A model generated the notes under the pieces. The model was not told the origin of the DNA. It did no database searches and was given only the letters and a program-made list of their open reading frames with translations. The position numbers and the translations under genes are program-made. Positions 26,026 through 40,874 of a stretch of DNA of 64,000 nucleotides are shown piece after piece (position 1 is the first letter of the stretch; every line of letters begins with the position of its first letter). The DNA lies in contig NC_043007.1 in assembly GCF_006345805.1 (NCBI RefSeq), positions 22,320,001 through 22,384,000 on the forward strand, written 5' to 3'. Source of the DNA: Octopus sinensis (Eukaryota).

Positions 26026-27156
26026 TCACTGCCTGGAATCCAACTCAGAATCTTGGCGTTAGTAGCTCACACTCTTACCCACTACGCCATATGCCGGGGG
26101 GAAATTATGGAGTGAATTTTAGGGCATATAAATCTAATATTTTCCTATCCTTCCTTAACACTGGTTCCCATATGCTACTCATATCTGCACTGGGTCCTGC
26201 TTAGGAGGTTGTTGTGTTTAGCATATGTGCTGCCTCTTTCCATGTATCAAGGGGAAACAGCTGGGATTTACCCTAACTAACTATATCATCATCATCATCG
26301 TTTAACATCTGCTTTCCATGCCAGCATGGGTTGGATGATTTGACTGAGGACTGGCGAACCAGATAGCTGCACCAGGCTCCAATCTGATCTGGCAGAGTTT
26401 CTACAGCTGGATGCCCTTCCTAATGCCAACCACTCCGAAAGATTAGAATGTGATAAAGAGACATAAACAGATGTCTTGCTGCAGAGGGTGTACATGATTA
26501 CCCAACCGGTGAAAGGGAGAGAGAGAGAGAGAGGAAGAGAGAGAGAGAGGAAGAGAGCGAGAGTTGGTTGTTTGGAATTTTGAACCTATAATAGGTTCCA
26601 GATTCTGATACAATAACCAAGTTCAACAGAAGACATCTGAAGAAGGCTGGAGTATACAACAGCCAAAACATAGTGAAAGCAATAATCAAGATGAGGACAC
26701 CTGACTGTCTAACATAAGCAATATACATAATACAAATTCTTCATCTCAGAAACATAGAATCGTAGAATCCATAATTAATCTATAATTGATTCAAAATTTC
26801 TAGAGGTAACAATAAAATAAAATTAGAAAAAGAAAACTCTTCACCTCCAGAAAAATTGGTAATGGCTTACCTTTTTAAAATATTCTGAAGCTTCTTGAGA
26901 ATTTTTCATATTTAATAAAGGCTGTTGGAATATGATGAAGATAGAAACAGCAACATAGACAAGGACCATACATCGACCACCAATCACTTTATCCCATATT
27001 CTGTTCAATGAAAAATTTGAAGACAAACATAAAAGGTACGTATAGCATAGAATGAAATAATACAGCATTGTATTAAACATATAATAATATAATAATAATA
27101 TAATAATAATATAATATACTAATATAATAATATCATAATAATAATATATAATAATA

Positions 27157-27188
<32 letters not shown>

Positions 27189-27252
27189 TAATAATAATAA
27201 TAATAATATAAAATAATAATAATAATAATAATATAATAATAATAATATAATG

Positions 27253-27291
<39 letters not shown>

Positions 27292-27350
27292 TAATAATAA
27301 TATAATATTAATAATAATAATAATATAATAATAATAATAATAATAATAAT

Positions 27351-27394
<44 letters not shown>

Positions 27395-30300
27395 TAAATG
27401 CTCTGATGCAGCATGAGGCAGTGGCTCTCATGGCTTTTGATCTTAACTGATTGGAAGTGTTATCATGTACATTGTTTTGTCTTGGTATAAAAGATGGGCT
27501 ACAGCAAATATTCTGCTCAATACCACAGATTTGCTTGTCAGTTGTTTGACCTTAACCAGTTGACCATGTCCCTTGGTGGCTGATGATATGTGCATCTTTG
27601 ACCACGAGCAGAAGTAGTGGGGGAGCATCATAGCCATGTGTTGAGAGGGATTCTTTGGGGTTTGAATAACTCACCTCTGGAAACATGGGTATTTCGTTCA
27701 ACATCCTTACACAACTCTTATTCAGAGACCTTTTGAGCAGGATGGGCTACTCGACCAGAAGAAAATTCTAACTGGGCCCCACCAGCAAGGTCATGCGCTG
27801 TTTATCTTGATATGAGATCACCATGTCGTGAACATATGGTTGTGATGCATGTGCCTGGTGTACCCTTATCAGACGGGTAGTCATGATGGTTATACTGGGC
27901 TTCGTATATTTTACCCCAGTGTCACTTTGATGGCATGCACTGCTCTCAATAATAATAATATAAATAAAACATAATGATTCTTTGGGATTTTCCTGTACAT
28001 ACACACAGGACTATTAAAGCTAAAAATAGATATTGTTGTGAAAGATCAAAACAATAAAGTCTATTGATTGACATGGTTTCTATCTACCAAATCCACTCAC
28101 AAATTTTTCGTTGGCTCAAGGCTATAGTATTTAATTTTGTGAAGCTCCCTTTTCAGTTTGTAAAGATAAAAATATGAATGTAATAAAATGTTTTAAAAGA
28201 AATTTAAAGAGCCTACGTGATAACTGTAAACCTACTGTTGGGCCACCCTATGTATGTACATATATATATATGTATGTAGATATTCATCATCATCATCGTT
28301 TAGTGTCCGCTTTCCATGCTAGCATGGGTTGGACGGTTCAACTGGGATCTGGGAAGCTTGCAGGCTGCACCAGGCCCAGTCAGATCTGGCAGTGTTTCTA
28401 CAGCTGGATGCCCTTCCTAACGCCAACCACTCCATGAGTGTAGTGGGTGCTTTTTACATGCCACCGACACAGGTGCCAGACGGGGCTGGCAAACAGCCAC
28501 GATCGGATGGTGTTTGTTACGTGCCACCGGCATGGAGGCCAGTCGGCGCGGTGCTGGCTACGGCCACGTTTGGGTGGTTCTCTTACGTGCCACCGTCACT
28601 GGTATCACAACTACAAATTCCATTGATGTTGATCGATTTCGACTTCGATTTTGATTTTCACTTGCCTCAACAGGTCTTCACAAGTAGAGTTATGTGTCCC
28701 AAGAAGATATATATATATATATATATATATAAAACTATGTGTGTGTGTCATTGTGTCTGTGTTTGTCCCTCACCTCTGCTTGACCACCAGTGCTGGTGTG
28801 TTTATGTTCCTTCCTGTAACTTTGTAACTTAGCAGTTTGTCAATAGAGATTGATAGAATAAGCACCAGGCTTAAAAAGAAAAGTAGTGGAGTTGATTCAT
28901 TTCACTAAAAATCTTTCAAGGTTGTGCCCCAGCATGGCCATAGTCTAACGACTGAAACAAGCAAAAGATAATGCAATTGTACTCTCTTTTGAATCCTATG
29001 GACAATTCCTTATTCAAGAAAGATATATTCCTGAACTGTCTAAATTCATGTCAACAATGAAAAGCAGTTTTGAAAATGCTTTGCCAGTATCTTTGATAGA
29101 AGTGAATCTTTATCTTAAAAATAATAGCATACCGTTCAAATGAAGACTCCGGTAAAACTCCAGCAAAACAAGACTGGAACCACTCTGATAATGGAATAGC
29201 AATACTCTGTTCTTGTAATAATTCACACAACTTAGGATTGGCCTCTTCAAGTTTCAGGTAATATAAGACTGCATCAGGCTGTAAAGAGTAAAAATATTTT
29301 GGAGCTTTACTTTTTGACCGATAGATTTAAAAAATAATTTTTTGTAACTAAACACTTTCAAACTTCGGACACTGGTAGAATGTGTCATAAAAAATATCTT
29401 TTACTCTTAGCATTTTTGAAACAAACTTATATTTACGAAGTTATTTCACGTTAAAGTTCTCGTATTTCGATAATTTCAACCAATCAATGACGTGTATTCA
29501 GCTGAATAAAATTACTGCCGTTATTTGTCAACAAGAACTTCCAGCGATGTATTTTTCGTTTGTCACTGTTATTTATGACATCGTTCGTGCATTTGTACTG
29601 GCTTTAGCTTTAAGGTTTTAGGGTTAGGATTAGGGTTTTAAGGTTAGGCTGTTAGGATTGTCATAAATAACAGTGACAAATGAAAATACACCGCCGGAAG
29701 TTCTTGTTGACAAACAATGGCAGTAATTTTATTCAGCTGAATACACTTCATTGATTGGTTGAAATTACCAAAATAGGACAACTTTAACGTAAAATTACTT
29801 TGTAAATATAAGTTTTTCTCAAAAATGCTAAGAATAAAAGATGTTTTATATGACATATCCTACAAGTGTCTGAAGTTTAAAAGTGTTTAATTACAAAAAA
29901 TTATTTTTTAAATCTGTAGGTGAAAAGGTAAAGATCCAATACTTTCCTTGGGCTGGTTCTTGGATGGAATTGAATTTTATATTTTACATTCAGTTGAATT
30001 TTACATTCAACAGTGAAATATGGACACTGATAAAGAAATGATCAAATGGGCTAGATGGAGGCTTTGAATGAATGCCTTTATCAAGACCTGCCGAAAGTTA
30101 ATGAGAAGATCAGGCAAAGACGACTGTGATTATCTGGTCACTGTGTGTGCCACCCTGAGCTAGAAGCATCCAAATTAGTCTTGTGCAACCCAATTCATGG
30201 TCATGTAAGAAGGGGAAAATGTCATCACACTTACATTGACAACTTGATTGCAGACACAGGCCTGGAATGTATCCAGGACATCAAGGCAGTGATGATGGAC

Positions 30301-32289
30301 TGAGAAGTGTGGCAGGTGGACTTTGTTGCTGCAGCCTGGGCCAGAACCCAGCCATTATAATAAATAATAATTCAACATTTATACATGTTAAAACTAGGTA
30401 GTTTAACCCTTAAGCATACACATTATTCAGTGAAAAGTAATGCTCATTTATTCTGTTTTGTATAAATCATGCATTACATTGTAACCATAAGATTTTGAAG
30501 AGGTAATTATTAAATTTCAGAATGATAAAGAAGGGTTGGTACAAGAAGTGAGATCCGGCCAGTTTGATCATAAAACATGTAGGATATTTTAAATAATAAT
30601 AATAATGAGATTATTGTTTACAGTGCTCAGGTGCACCACAACTTGTCAAAAGTGCGTATAAAGCATATGTAGTAATGTACAAATGTCTGGGAAGTGAACA
30701 GTGTATGAGTCAGATACATGCTTGCGTGTGTATGGAGGGGGGAAAATCAGGTGTAGTGTTGGCGAATCTCAAGAAGCATGGAAGTCTTGAAGGATGCAGT
30801 GCTCTGACAACTAACAACTGATGCTGGCAGTTTGTTCCAACTCTTAGCGTGAAAAAATGTTTCCGAACGTCATGGGAGCTGTGCTGTTTTCTGACTTTGT
30901 AAACATGTCCACGGGTGTTAGACAGGTGGAGTTTGAAAAGGTGCTCAGAGTTATTGTTTATAAGATGGTTAATAATTTTATGGGTGTCTGCCAAGAGTTA
31001 TTGTTAGTAAGATGGTTAATTATTTTGAAGGCTACAGTGCTTCGACTACTAACAACTGATGCCGGCAGTTTGTTCCATGCTTCAGCAACTCTTAGCGTGA
31101 AAAAATGTTTCCAAAAGTCATGGACCAGAAAGAGCTGCTTTAAAAGATAAATGGTTAAAAAAAATTTCTTTTTTTCGCAATTTTAAATGCATTTTATACT
31201 TCAGCAAAAATGGGATAGTTTTTGTTTGGGAATGATTTTTTATTATTTTCAGTTAGAAGCACATTTTAACACTAAATACCTAACTGTGAATAAGAAGTTA
31301 GAACTAGCAGTCAGCCACAAAACTCTAGCAAGAAGAGTATTGTCTCTATTCAAAGGTATAACACTACAGCCAGATGTAGTGATCCATTGTAACCTTATAA
31401 CCATTGAATTTCTTTAAATACAAAAAAATGTTCAACCACAAATCACCATCGACATTATTATTATAACGCCAGGAGGCTGCACCAGGCTCCAGTCTAATCT
31501 GAACACTGCCGGATCAGACTGGAGCTTGGGGCAGCCTCCTGGTTTCCCAGACCCTGGTCGAACCGTCCAACCCATGCTAGCATGGAAAATGGACGTTAAA
31601 TGATGATGATGATGTCCATTTTTCCATGCTTGCATCACTCTGATGGAATTCTTTAAGACAGAATTTCTATGGCCAGATGCCTTCTGTTGTCAACTCTCAT
31701 CTGTTTCCGGGTCAACTTGATCAATCTGAGCTGATTTGGGGTGGGGTGCAGAGTTACCTCAAACAACAGCAACAACAACAACAACAACAAACAGCAAAAT
31801 CCAAAACAATGAGAAATGAGATCAAGGTTTTGAATGAATCTTACCAGCAATTCTAATTGGTCTGTGCATTTTTGGACATGTCGATAGAACTGTGCAGTTA
31901 TCCAAAATTGGTCAATTGGATCATTGGTTAAATTAATCACAGCAGAGGACATGGAGCAGAACGTTCTATTTTGCAAAGGAATCATCTGAAATAACAAAGG
32001 ATAAAACTATTATTTAACCCTTTCGTTACTAACCCGGCTGAAACCGGCTCTGGCTCTGTGGTAAAATGTCTTGTTTTCATAAGTTTTGAATTAAAATCTT
32101 CCACCAAAGCTTAGTCATAATTAATTAGGCACAGGAGTGGCTGTGTGGTAAGTAGCTTACTTAGAAACCAAATGGTTCCGGGTTCAGTCCCACTACGTGA
32201 CACTTTGGGCAAGTGTCTTCTACTATAGCCTCAGGCCGACCAAAGCCTTGTGAGTGGATTTGGTAGACGGAAACTGAAAGAAGCCCATC

Positions 32290-32326
<37 letters not shown>

Positions 32327-35300
32327 TATGTGTGCGTATATGTTTGTGTGTCTGTGTTTGTGTTTGCTAACAATCATCATCATCATCAAGTGTCCGCTTT
32401 CCATGCTAGCATGGGTTGGACGGTTCAACTGGGGTCTGGGAAGCCAGGAGGCTGCACCAGGCCCAGTCTGATCTGGCAATGTTTCTACGGCTGGATGCCC
32501 TTCCTAAAGCCAACCACTCCGTGAGTGTAGTGGGTGCTTTTTACGTGCCACCGGCACAGGTGCCAGACTAGGCTGGCAAATGGTCACGATCGGATGGTGC
32601 TTTTTACGTGCCACCGGCACGGGGGCCAGGCAAAGACGCTTTGAACTAATAAAATTCCTATTTATTAACCCTATAGATTCAGATTACTCTGTCAAATGCA
32701 ATGTTTATTTATTCACGTTGTTTTGAATTAATCATGTATTATCTCAAAGCTTCAAGATTTCAATGATGTGATTGCTTATTTTTAGAAGACATTGCAGGGT
32801 AGCTTCAAGAGGCCAGATGTGGTCAGTTTGAACATAAATAAAACAGACGGAGTATTTGGGCCAAATATGACTGGTTTAAATGATAAAGGGTTAAATCTGA
32901 TATGAGGGTGATATGAGGGTACTTGCTGTTAGCATCATGTGAAACAATTTCATAAGGTACATATATAAAACGTTAAGGTGGCGAGCTGGCAGAACCATTA
33001 GCACACCGGGCGAAATGCGTAGCTGTATTTCGTCTGCTGTTACATTCTGAGTTCAAATTCCGCCGAGGTTGACTTTGCCTTTCATCCTTTCGAGGTCGAT
33101 AAATTATGTACCAGTTATGCACTGGGGTTGATATAATTGACTTAATTTGTTTGAAAATGTCTGATGTAGTTCGTAATTAATGGGAGATTTTGGTTCTTAT
33201 TTCTTAAAAGATAATGTGGATGGAGGTAGATAGAATATGGTGGCGTTGATAAGTTTACAATGACAGTGATATTTGTGTTACCCACTTAATGCCATTGGAG
33301 AAAGGGTGGCGAGCTGGCAGATCGTTCGCACACTGGGCGAAATGCTTAGCTGTATTTCGTTTGCGGCTACATTCTGAGTTCAAATTCCACCGAGGTCGAT
33401 ATGCCTTTCATCCTTTCGAGGTCAATAAATTAAGTACCAGTTATGCACTGGGGTTGATATAATCGACTTAATTTGTTTGTCTGTCCTTGTTTGTCCTCTC
33501 TGTGTCTAGCCCCTTGTGGGTAGTAAAGAAATAGGTACCACACAATGGGACTGAACCCGGAAACATGTGGTTTGGAAGCAAGCTTCTTACCCCATAGCTA
33601 CACCTGCTTATGTTGACATCCATGCTACATTTTACATTGGTGTCTTTAAAATGACAAAAGAATCTTAAGAACTGTGATTTCTTAACCAAAATAAGTCCAG
33701 CAAATACAAGAGCTGCAATGTGGGTAGTAAAGAAATAGGTACATATATAAAATGTTAATGGCTGTATACTAAAGAGAATGGTTTACCAGGTTTTTGTCTT
33801 CCAAAGGCAAAAGGTTTTCATTCAGCAAATGCATTTTCAGGTAAACTTCAGGTAAAGGAGTTGAATCATCTACCCTCTCCATTACCCTCAAAGCATCAAA
33901 GAGATTTGTGTAGGTTTGTCTTCGAGCGTCTTGAGCATATTTATGGAGTGATCGCTCTGCCGGCCACACACCTGGAATTAAGAATCAGAATACATGACAA
34001 TATTACCATAAATGTGATTGGAATCAGTTGTTAATAAAGGAACTTGTTTAGCTTCACCTGAGTTTGCATACATTATAAAGAGTTATAAGCTGCTGATCTC
34101 TCCAGGGAGCTAAAATGGATACATGCCTATGATGAAGGTCCAAAATTAATAGAAGTTAGTCAAGCCCAGTGCTGGATTAACCGTTAAGCAAAATAAGAAC
34201 ATGTTTAAGACATCAAGGGAAGCAGGGCACCACAGAAATGGTAAATGGTTCACAGCACAAAAGAAATGGTGTCATAGTGAGGATGTGATCAAAGATTTGG
34301 CAATTAAAAAAAGGTAGAAAACTTTTCAAATATAAATGAAGTGAGTGGAGGCACAATGTCCCAGTGGTTAGAGCAGCGGACTCACGGTCGGAGGATCACG
34401 GTTTCGATTCCCAGACTGAGCGTTGTGTGTGTTTATTGAATGAAAACACCTAAAGCTTCACGAGGCTCCGGCAGAGGGTGGTGGCGACCCCTGTTGTACT
34501 CTTTCGCCCCAACTTTCTCTCATTCTCTCTTCCTGTTTCTTGAGTAATGCTGTGATGGACTGGCATCCCGTCCAGCTGGGGGGGAACACATGTGCCACAG
34601 AAACTGGAAAACTGGGCCCATGAGCCTGGCTAGGCTTGAAAAGGGTGACGTTTATCGTATGTATACACAATAAACTAAAAGCGTGCTTGATACAAACATT
34701 GGAGTTTCATGTAATTTTTTTGAAGACTAACAAGAAGATGGATTTTAATTCCTTTAACTTCACAATTCTGGCCCATCTCATCGAACTGGTACCTTAAAAA
34801 ATTTGTAGGTAATGCTGTGATGGACTGGTGTCCTGTCCAGCTGGGGGGAACACATATGCCACAGAAACTGGGAAACCAGGCCCATGAGCCTAGTTAGGCT
34901 TAAAAAAGGGCGCATAAAAATAATATAATAACTGAAGTGGAAGAACACAAAAATAAACATTATTTTCTAACTTATTGTTAGTTTCGTTTCAGTTTGAACA
35001 ATAAAAATTTATTCTATGGTTTATTATTGTTTATATTTTGAATTGCATATACATGGGGGTGCCCAAAACTTTGTAAGTGCTTAGGGCTTCTATAGGTCAT
35101 AATCTGGCCCTGGTCAAACCCTACTTTTCCTGCCCATTGAAGGATAAAAGCATGAAGCAAGTAGTGTAAACACTGTATTTGCTTCTCACAGCAAGGCTAA
35201 AATATCAAAAAGAATTTACTCATACATTCCAAAATATTCTCTCTAGGCATGTTGATAGATAAATAGCTGTGCCCTGAAAAAGGAGCACTTTTAATCTTAT

Positions 35301-35716
35301 ATGATCTACTGACCTAATTAAATAACTTTCGTCAACATATCACAGCACATAATATATATATCATCAATGTAAACGCAGCAAGCTGGCAGAACCATTAGCA
35401 TGCCCAGAAAAATACTTTGTGGTATTTCGTCTGCCCCTATGCTCCGAGTTCAAATTCCACTGTGGTTGAATTTGTCTTTCATCCTTTCAGAATTGATAAA
35501 ATAAGCACTAGTCGAACAGTGAACCTGAAATCATGTGGTTGGGAAGCAAAGTTGAACAGGAGTGGCTGTGTGGTAAGTAGCTTGCTTGCCAACCACATGG
35601 TTCCGGGTTCAGTCCCACTGCATGGCACCTTGAGCAAGTGTCTTCTACTATAGCCTCGGGCCGACTGAAGCCTTGTGAGTGGATTTGGTAGATGAAAACT
35701 GAAAGAAGCCTGTCAT

Positions 35717-35769
<53 letters not shown>

Positions 35770-38700
35770 ATATGTATACACACACACGCATATATATATA
35801 TATATGTGCTGGTTTCAGGTGGGTTGGTATCAAAAGGATTAATGTGGCACCATCACTAGTGCCTTCTACATGGCACCAGCATGAGTGCTTTTAACCCTTT
35901 TGTTCCCATATTTCTGTTGAGATGCTCTGTGTCTCTTTCAATATAACAAAGAATTTAGTAAAATAACCTGCATGGCTGCTGTCTAATGACTGAAACAAGT
36001 AAAAGATAAAATATGTGCGTGTGTGTGTGTGTATGGACTGAATTGCTTTTCCATGTGACTCATACCTCATATCTGATGATTGCAGTGATGCCAAAAATAT
36101 AATGCTCGAGTCAAGTCACGAGAAATAAAAATTTGGTTTCTATTAATAAATGAATACACTGTGCACCATGTATTGAGTGCTTTTTGTTAATAAAAGAGAA
36201 AGAAGGGGATGAAAATATTCTACTCCATCGACAAAAGAAGAAGAAAAGAACTTGATACCTGTTCTGAAAGGGTATTTATTTAAACTGAATGCCCCAATAT
36301 TTATCTTAAGATGGCCAAATGAAATTTCAAAAATAAAAGCAAAAAAAAAAAACAAAAAAAAAGAGCGAAAAACAGTGAGTTGTACTTTTTACCTGTTTAG
36401 TGAGTTGAACACTCCATCTATATACATACCTATGTGATTGTATGCTTAAATGAATGTGGGGGTTATTCCAACCCACTTGCTAAACAAGTCTAACTCAGCC
36501 ATTTTTTATTCATTTGACATTTTAAGGTAAACAAGCATGGCCATCTTCACACAAAAATATTCTACACACAACACGTACACCTCATTACCATTTATTTTAT
36601 CTCACCTAATTATTAATTACCATTTTCACACAGCATTCCATTCATTCTCAAACGTTGTTTTCGTCCTCACTTAACCCACTAGCCTTTAAACTGACCATAT
36701 CCGGCCAGAATAATCCACCTGTTTTATCTTCAAACTCACCAGATCTGGCCTCTCATACCTAGCTGGCAATATCATTCTAAAAATAAACTATCACATCATT
36801 GAAATCTCAAAGCTACAACATGATGCAGCGTTAATTCATATCGTGCAGGTGGCACGTAAAAAACACCCACTACACTCATGGAGTGGTTGGCGTTAGGAAG
36901 GGCATCCAGCTGTAGAAACATTGCCAGATAAGACTGGAGCCTGGTGCAGCCTTCTGGCTTCCCAGATCCCCGGTCGAACCGTCCAACCCATGCTAGCATG
37001 GAGAACGGATGTTAAACGATGATGAGGATGATGATGAAATAAGCCTAAAATTTGACAGAGAAATTAATAACAGCCTGGCTGAAACTGTCTCTGAGTACAA
37101 ATGTCTTGTTTTCATAAGTTTTGAATTAAAATCTTCCTCCAAACCTTAGTCACAATTTATGTTCCTAACACTAGCTTAATGATAATTAAGCTATTTTACT
37201 AAATTCTTTGTTATATTTAAAATTAATTGAAAGAAACACAGAGCATCTCAACAGAAATATCGGAACATAAGGGTTAACCCTTCAGCATTTAATCTGGGCA
37301 GATATGACCAGTTTACTTGGGCTGTATCTGGTCCAAATACTCTACCAGTTTTATGTTCAAACTAGCCAGATTTGACCTCTCACACCCACCCTACAATGTC
37401 ATCCTAGACATAAAATCATCACGTCATCGAAATCTGAAAGCTACCAGATACAACATAGTTAATAAATACACATGTCATCGACAGAATAATATGAATGCTA
37501 AAATGGTTAAAACGAGGATACTCAACAATTTTTTTTTTATCTGTGGGCCCCTTTTGATTACTATTTAATTTTGGTGGACCCCAATGCCATTCAATGTTTA
37601 ACCCTTTAGCATTTAAACCGGCCATATCCAGCCAAAAGTATTGTGCTTGTTTTATGTTCAAACTGGCCATATCTGGTCTCTCACACCAACCCTACAATAT
37701 CATCTTAAAAATTAACAGCTACCTCATCAAAATCTCATAACTACAAGATAATGCATGATTAGTTCAAAACAATGTGGATAAAAAAGGATTAATTTTGGCA
37801 GAATAATGTGAACAGTAAAGGGTTAAAAACTAGTTTCATAGAAACTTCTTCCAAAATTTCTATTTTGTTTTTCACACATTAGCTTGTGTAGGTTGAATAA
37901 TGTAAAATGTTAGAGAAAAAAACCTAGCTGTTTCTTGCAATACATACCAATACAGACATCCAAAGCAGGGGTTCTCCACCATTTTTTTATCTATGGACCC
38001 CATTGATTATTATTTTATTCTGGTGAACCCCATAGTTATTCGATGTTTATAAACTAGTTTTATAGAAACTTCTTTCAAAATTCCTATTTTGTTTTTCATC
38101 CATTAACTTGTGTAGGTTGAAGTATGGAAAATGTTAGAGAAAAAAACCTAGCTGTTTCTTGCAGTACATACCAATACAGACATTCAAATCAGGGGTTCTC
38201 AACCATTTTTTTATCTATGGACCCCATTGATTATTATTTTATTCTGGTGAACCCCATAGCCATTCAGCGTTTAAAAACTAATTTTATAGAAACTTCTTTT
38301 AAAATTCCTATTTCATTTTTCACACATTAACTTGTGTAGGTTGAACTATGAAACATGTTAGAGAAAGAAACCTGGCTGTTTCTTGCAATACATACCAATA
38401 CAGACATTCAAAGCAGGGTTTCTCAACAATTTTTTTATCTATGGACCCCATTGATTATTATTTTATTCTGGTGAACCCCATAGCCATTCAGCGTTTAAAA
38501 ACTAATTTTATAGAAACTTCTTTTAAAATTCCTATTTCATTTTTCACACATTAACTTGTGTAGTTGAACTATGAAACATGTTAGAGAAAGAACCTGGCTG
38601 TTTCTTGCAATACATACCATACAGACATTCAAAGCAGGGTTTCTCAACAATTTTTTTATCTATGGACCCCATTGATTATTATTTTATTCTGGTGAACCCC

Positions 38701-39594
38701 ATAGCCATTCAGCGTTTAAAAACTAATTTTATAGAAACTTCTTTTAAAATTCCTATTTCATTTTTCACACATTAACTTGTGTAGGTTGAACTATGAAACA
38801 TGTTAGAGAAAGAAACCTGGCTGTTTCTTGCAATACATACCAATACATACATCTAATGCAAAATTTTTTCAGGGGGCCTTAACCCTTTCGTTACTAACCC
38901 GGCTGAAACCACCTCTGGCTCTGAGTACAAATGTCTTGTTTTCAAAAGTTCTTCCACCAAACCTTAGTCACAATTTATGTTCCTCCCACAAACTTAATGT
39001 TAAGTAAGTTATTTTAAAGTAATTGAAAGAAACACAGAGCATCTCAAAATAAATACAGTAACGAAAGGGTTCAAATAGTATTGTGGATACCCAAAATCTA
39101 ATATGGACCCTAGGGGCCAGATGGATCCTGGTTGAGAACCACTGGGCTAAAAGAAATAAATTGTTGTCGTTTAGCCCCAGGTAAGCCCTGATTGAACAAA
39201 CTCCAAACTGAAGGAATTCCAGCGGTGACCATATATATATGTGTGTGGGGGGGGGGGTGCAGCTGTGTGGTAAGGCACTTCCCAACCACATGACACCTTG
39301 GGCAAGTGTCTGCTACTATAGCCACGACTGACCAGTGCCTTGTGAGTAGATTTGGTAGAGGGAAACTGAAAGAAGCTTGTCATATATATGTATACCTTTA
39401 TATACTTCCATGCTTCCTGAGATTCGCCAACACTACACCTGATTTTCTCCCCTCCATACACACACAAGCATGTATCTGACTCATACATTGTTCGCTTTCC
39501 AGACATTTGTACATTACTGCATATACTTTATACGCACTGTCTGACAAGTTGTGGTGCACCTGAGCACTGTATACAATAATTTCATTAATATTAT

Positions 39595-39625
<31 letters not shown>

Positions 39626-40561
39626 TTTTGTGTCTGTGTTTGCACCCTAACCGGTGTTGTTGTTGGTATGTTTACATCCCCGTAACTTACCGGTTCTTCA
39701 AAAGAGACCGATAGAATAAGTACCAGGTTTATAAAAAAAATAGGTAGTGGGGCCGGTAAATTCTTCAACGTGGTGCTCCAGCATGGCCACATTCCAAAGA
39801 CTGAAACAAGAAAACGACAAAAGAAGATTGTATATATATATGGCACCTTGGGCAAGTGTCTTCTACTATAGCCTTGGGCCGACCAAAGCCTTGTGAGTGG
39901 ATTTGGTAGACGGAAACTAAAAGAAGCCCGTCGTATATATATATATATATATATAATATATATATATATATATTATGTATGTACATGTTTGTGTCTGTGT
40001 TTGTCCTCCCAACATCGCTTGACAACCGATGCTGGTGTGTTTACGTCCTCGTAACTTAGTGGTTTGGCAAGAGAGACCGATAGAATAAGTACTAGGCTTA
40101 CAAAAGAATAAGTCCTGGGGTCGATTTGCTCGACTAAAGACGGTGCTCCAGCATGGCTACAGTCAAATGACTGAAACAATATTTATATATATATATATAT
40201 ATATTGCTTACCAACCACATGGTTCCGGGTTCAATCACACTGTGTGGCACCTTGTGCAAGTGTCTTCTACTATAGCCTCGGGCCGACCAATACCTTGTGA
40301 GTGGATTTGGTAAACGGAAACTGAAAGAAGCCCATCGTATATATGTACATGTAAATATGTGTGCGTGTGTTTGTGTGTCTGTGTTTGTCCCCCTAGCATT
40401 GCTTGACAACCGATGCTGGTGTGTTTACGTCCCCGTCACTTAGCGGTTCGGCAAAAGAGACCGATAGAATAAGTACTGGGCTTACAAAGAATAAGTCCCG
40501 GGGTCGATTTGCTCCAGCATGGCCGCAGTCAACTGACTGAAACAAGTAAAAGAGTATATAT

Positions 40562-40604
<43 letters not shown>

Positions 40605-40816
40605 ATATCCGCGCACACACATTGATATGCTACGTTGCTGCGCCCTTTATTAAAGACGGTTGGGTGTGATTTAAGGTAAGTTTGGCTGCTACCAAATTGC
40701 AAAGAATTTTTTCCTTGTCACAGAGATGGTGAAGTATGGGGGTCTTGGGTTGTTTACTGAAGCAGTTGGGTTAACAGCCAGTGCCAGATCGATAGTGTGT
40801 GGCAGGAAGCACTTCT

Positions 40817-40874
<58 letters not shown>

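Noticed and set aside
26841-27431. 196-aa minus ORF as a single gene
   Set aside because: Only 27000-26871 is real (TBC1D7 exon 5); the rest is (ATT)n read-through.
40670-40820. Apparent donor gtaagt, 48-nt intron and short [18 protein letters not shown]...
   Set aside because: The donor lies in a common dispersed repeat fragment; the ORF is 30 aa with no recognised homology.
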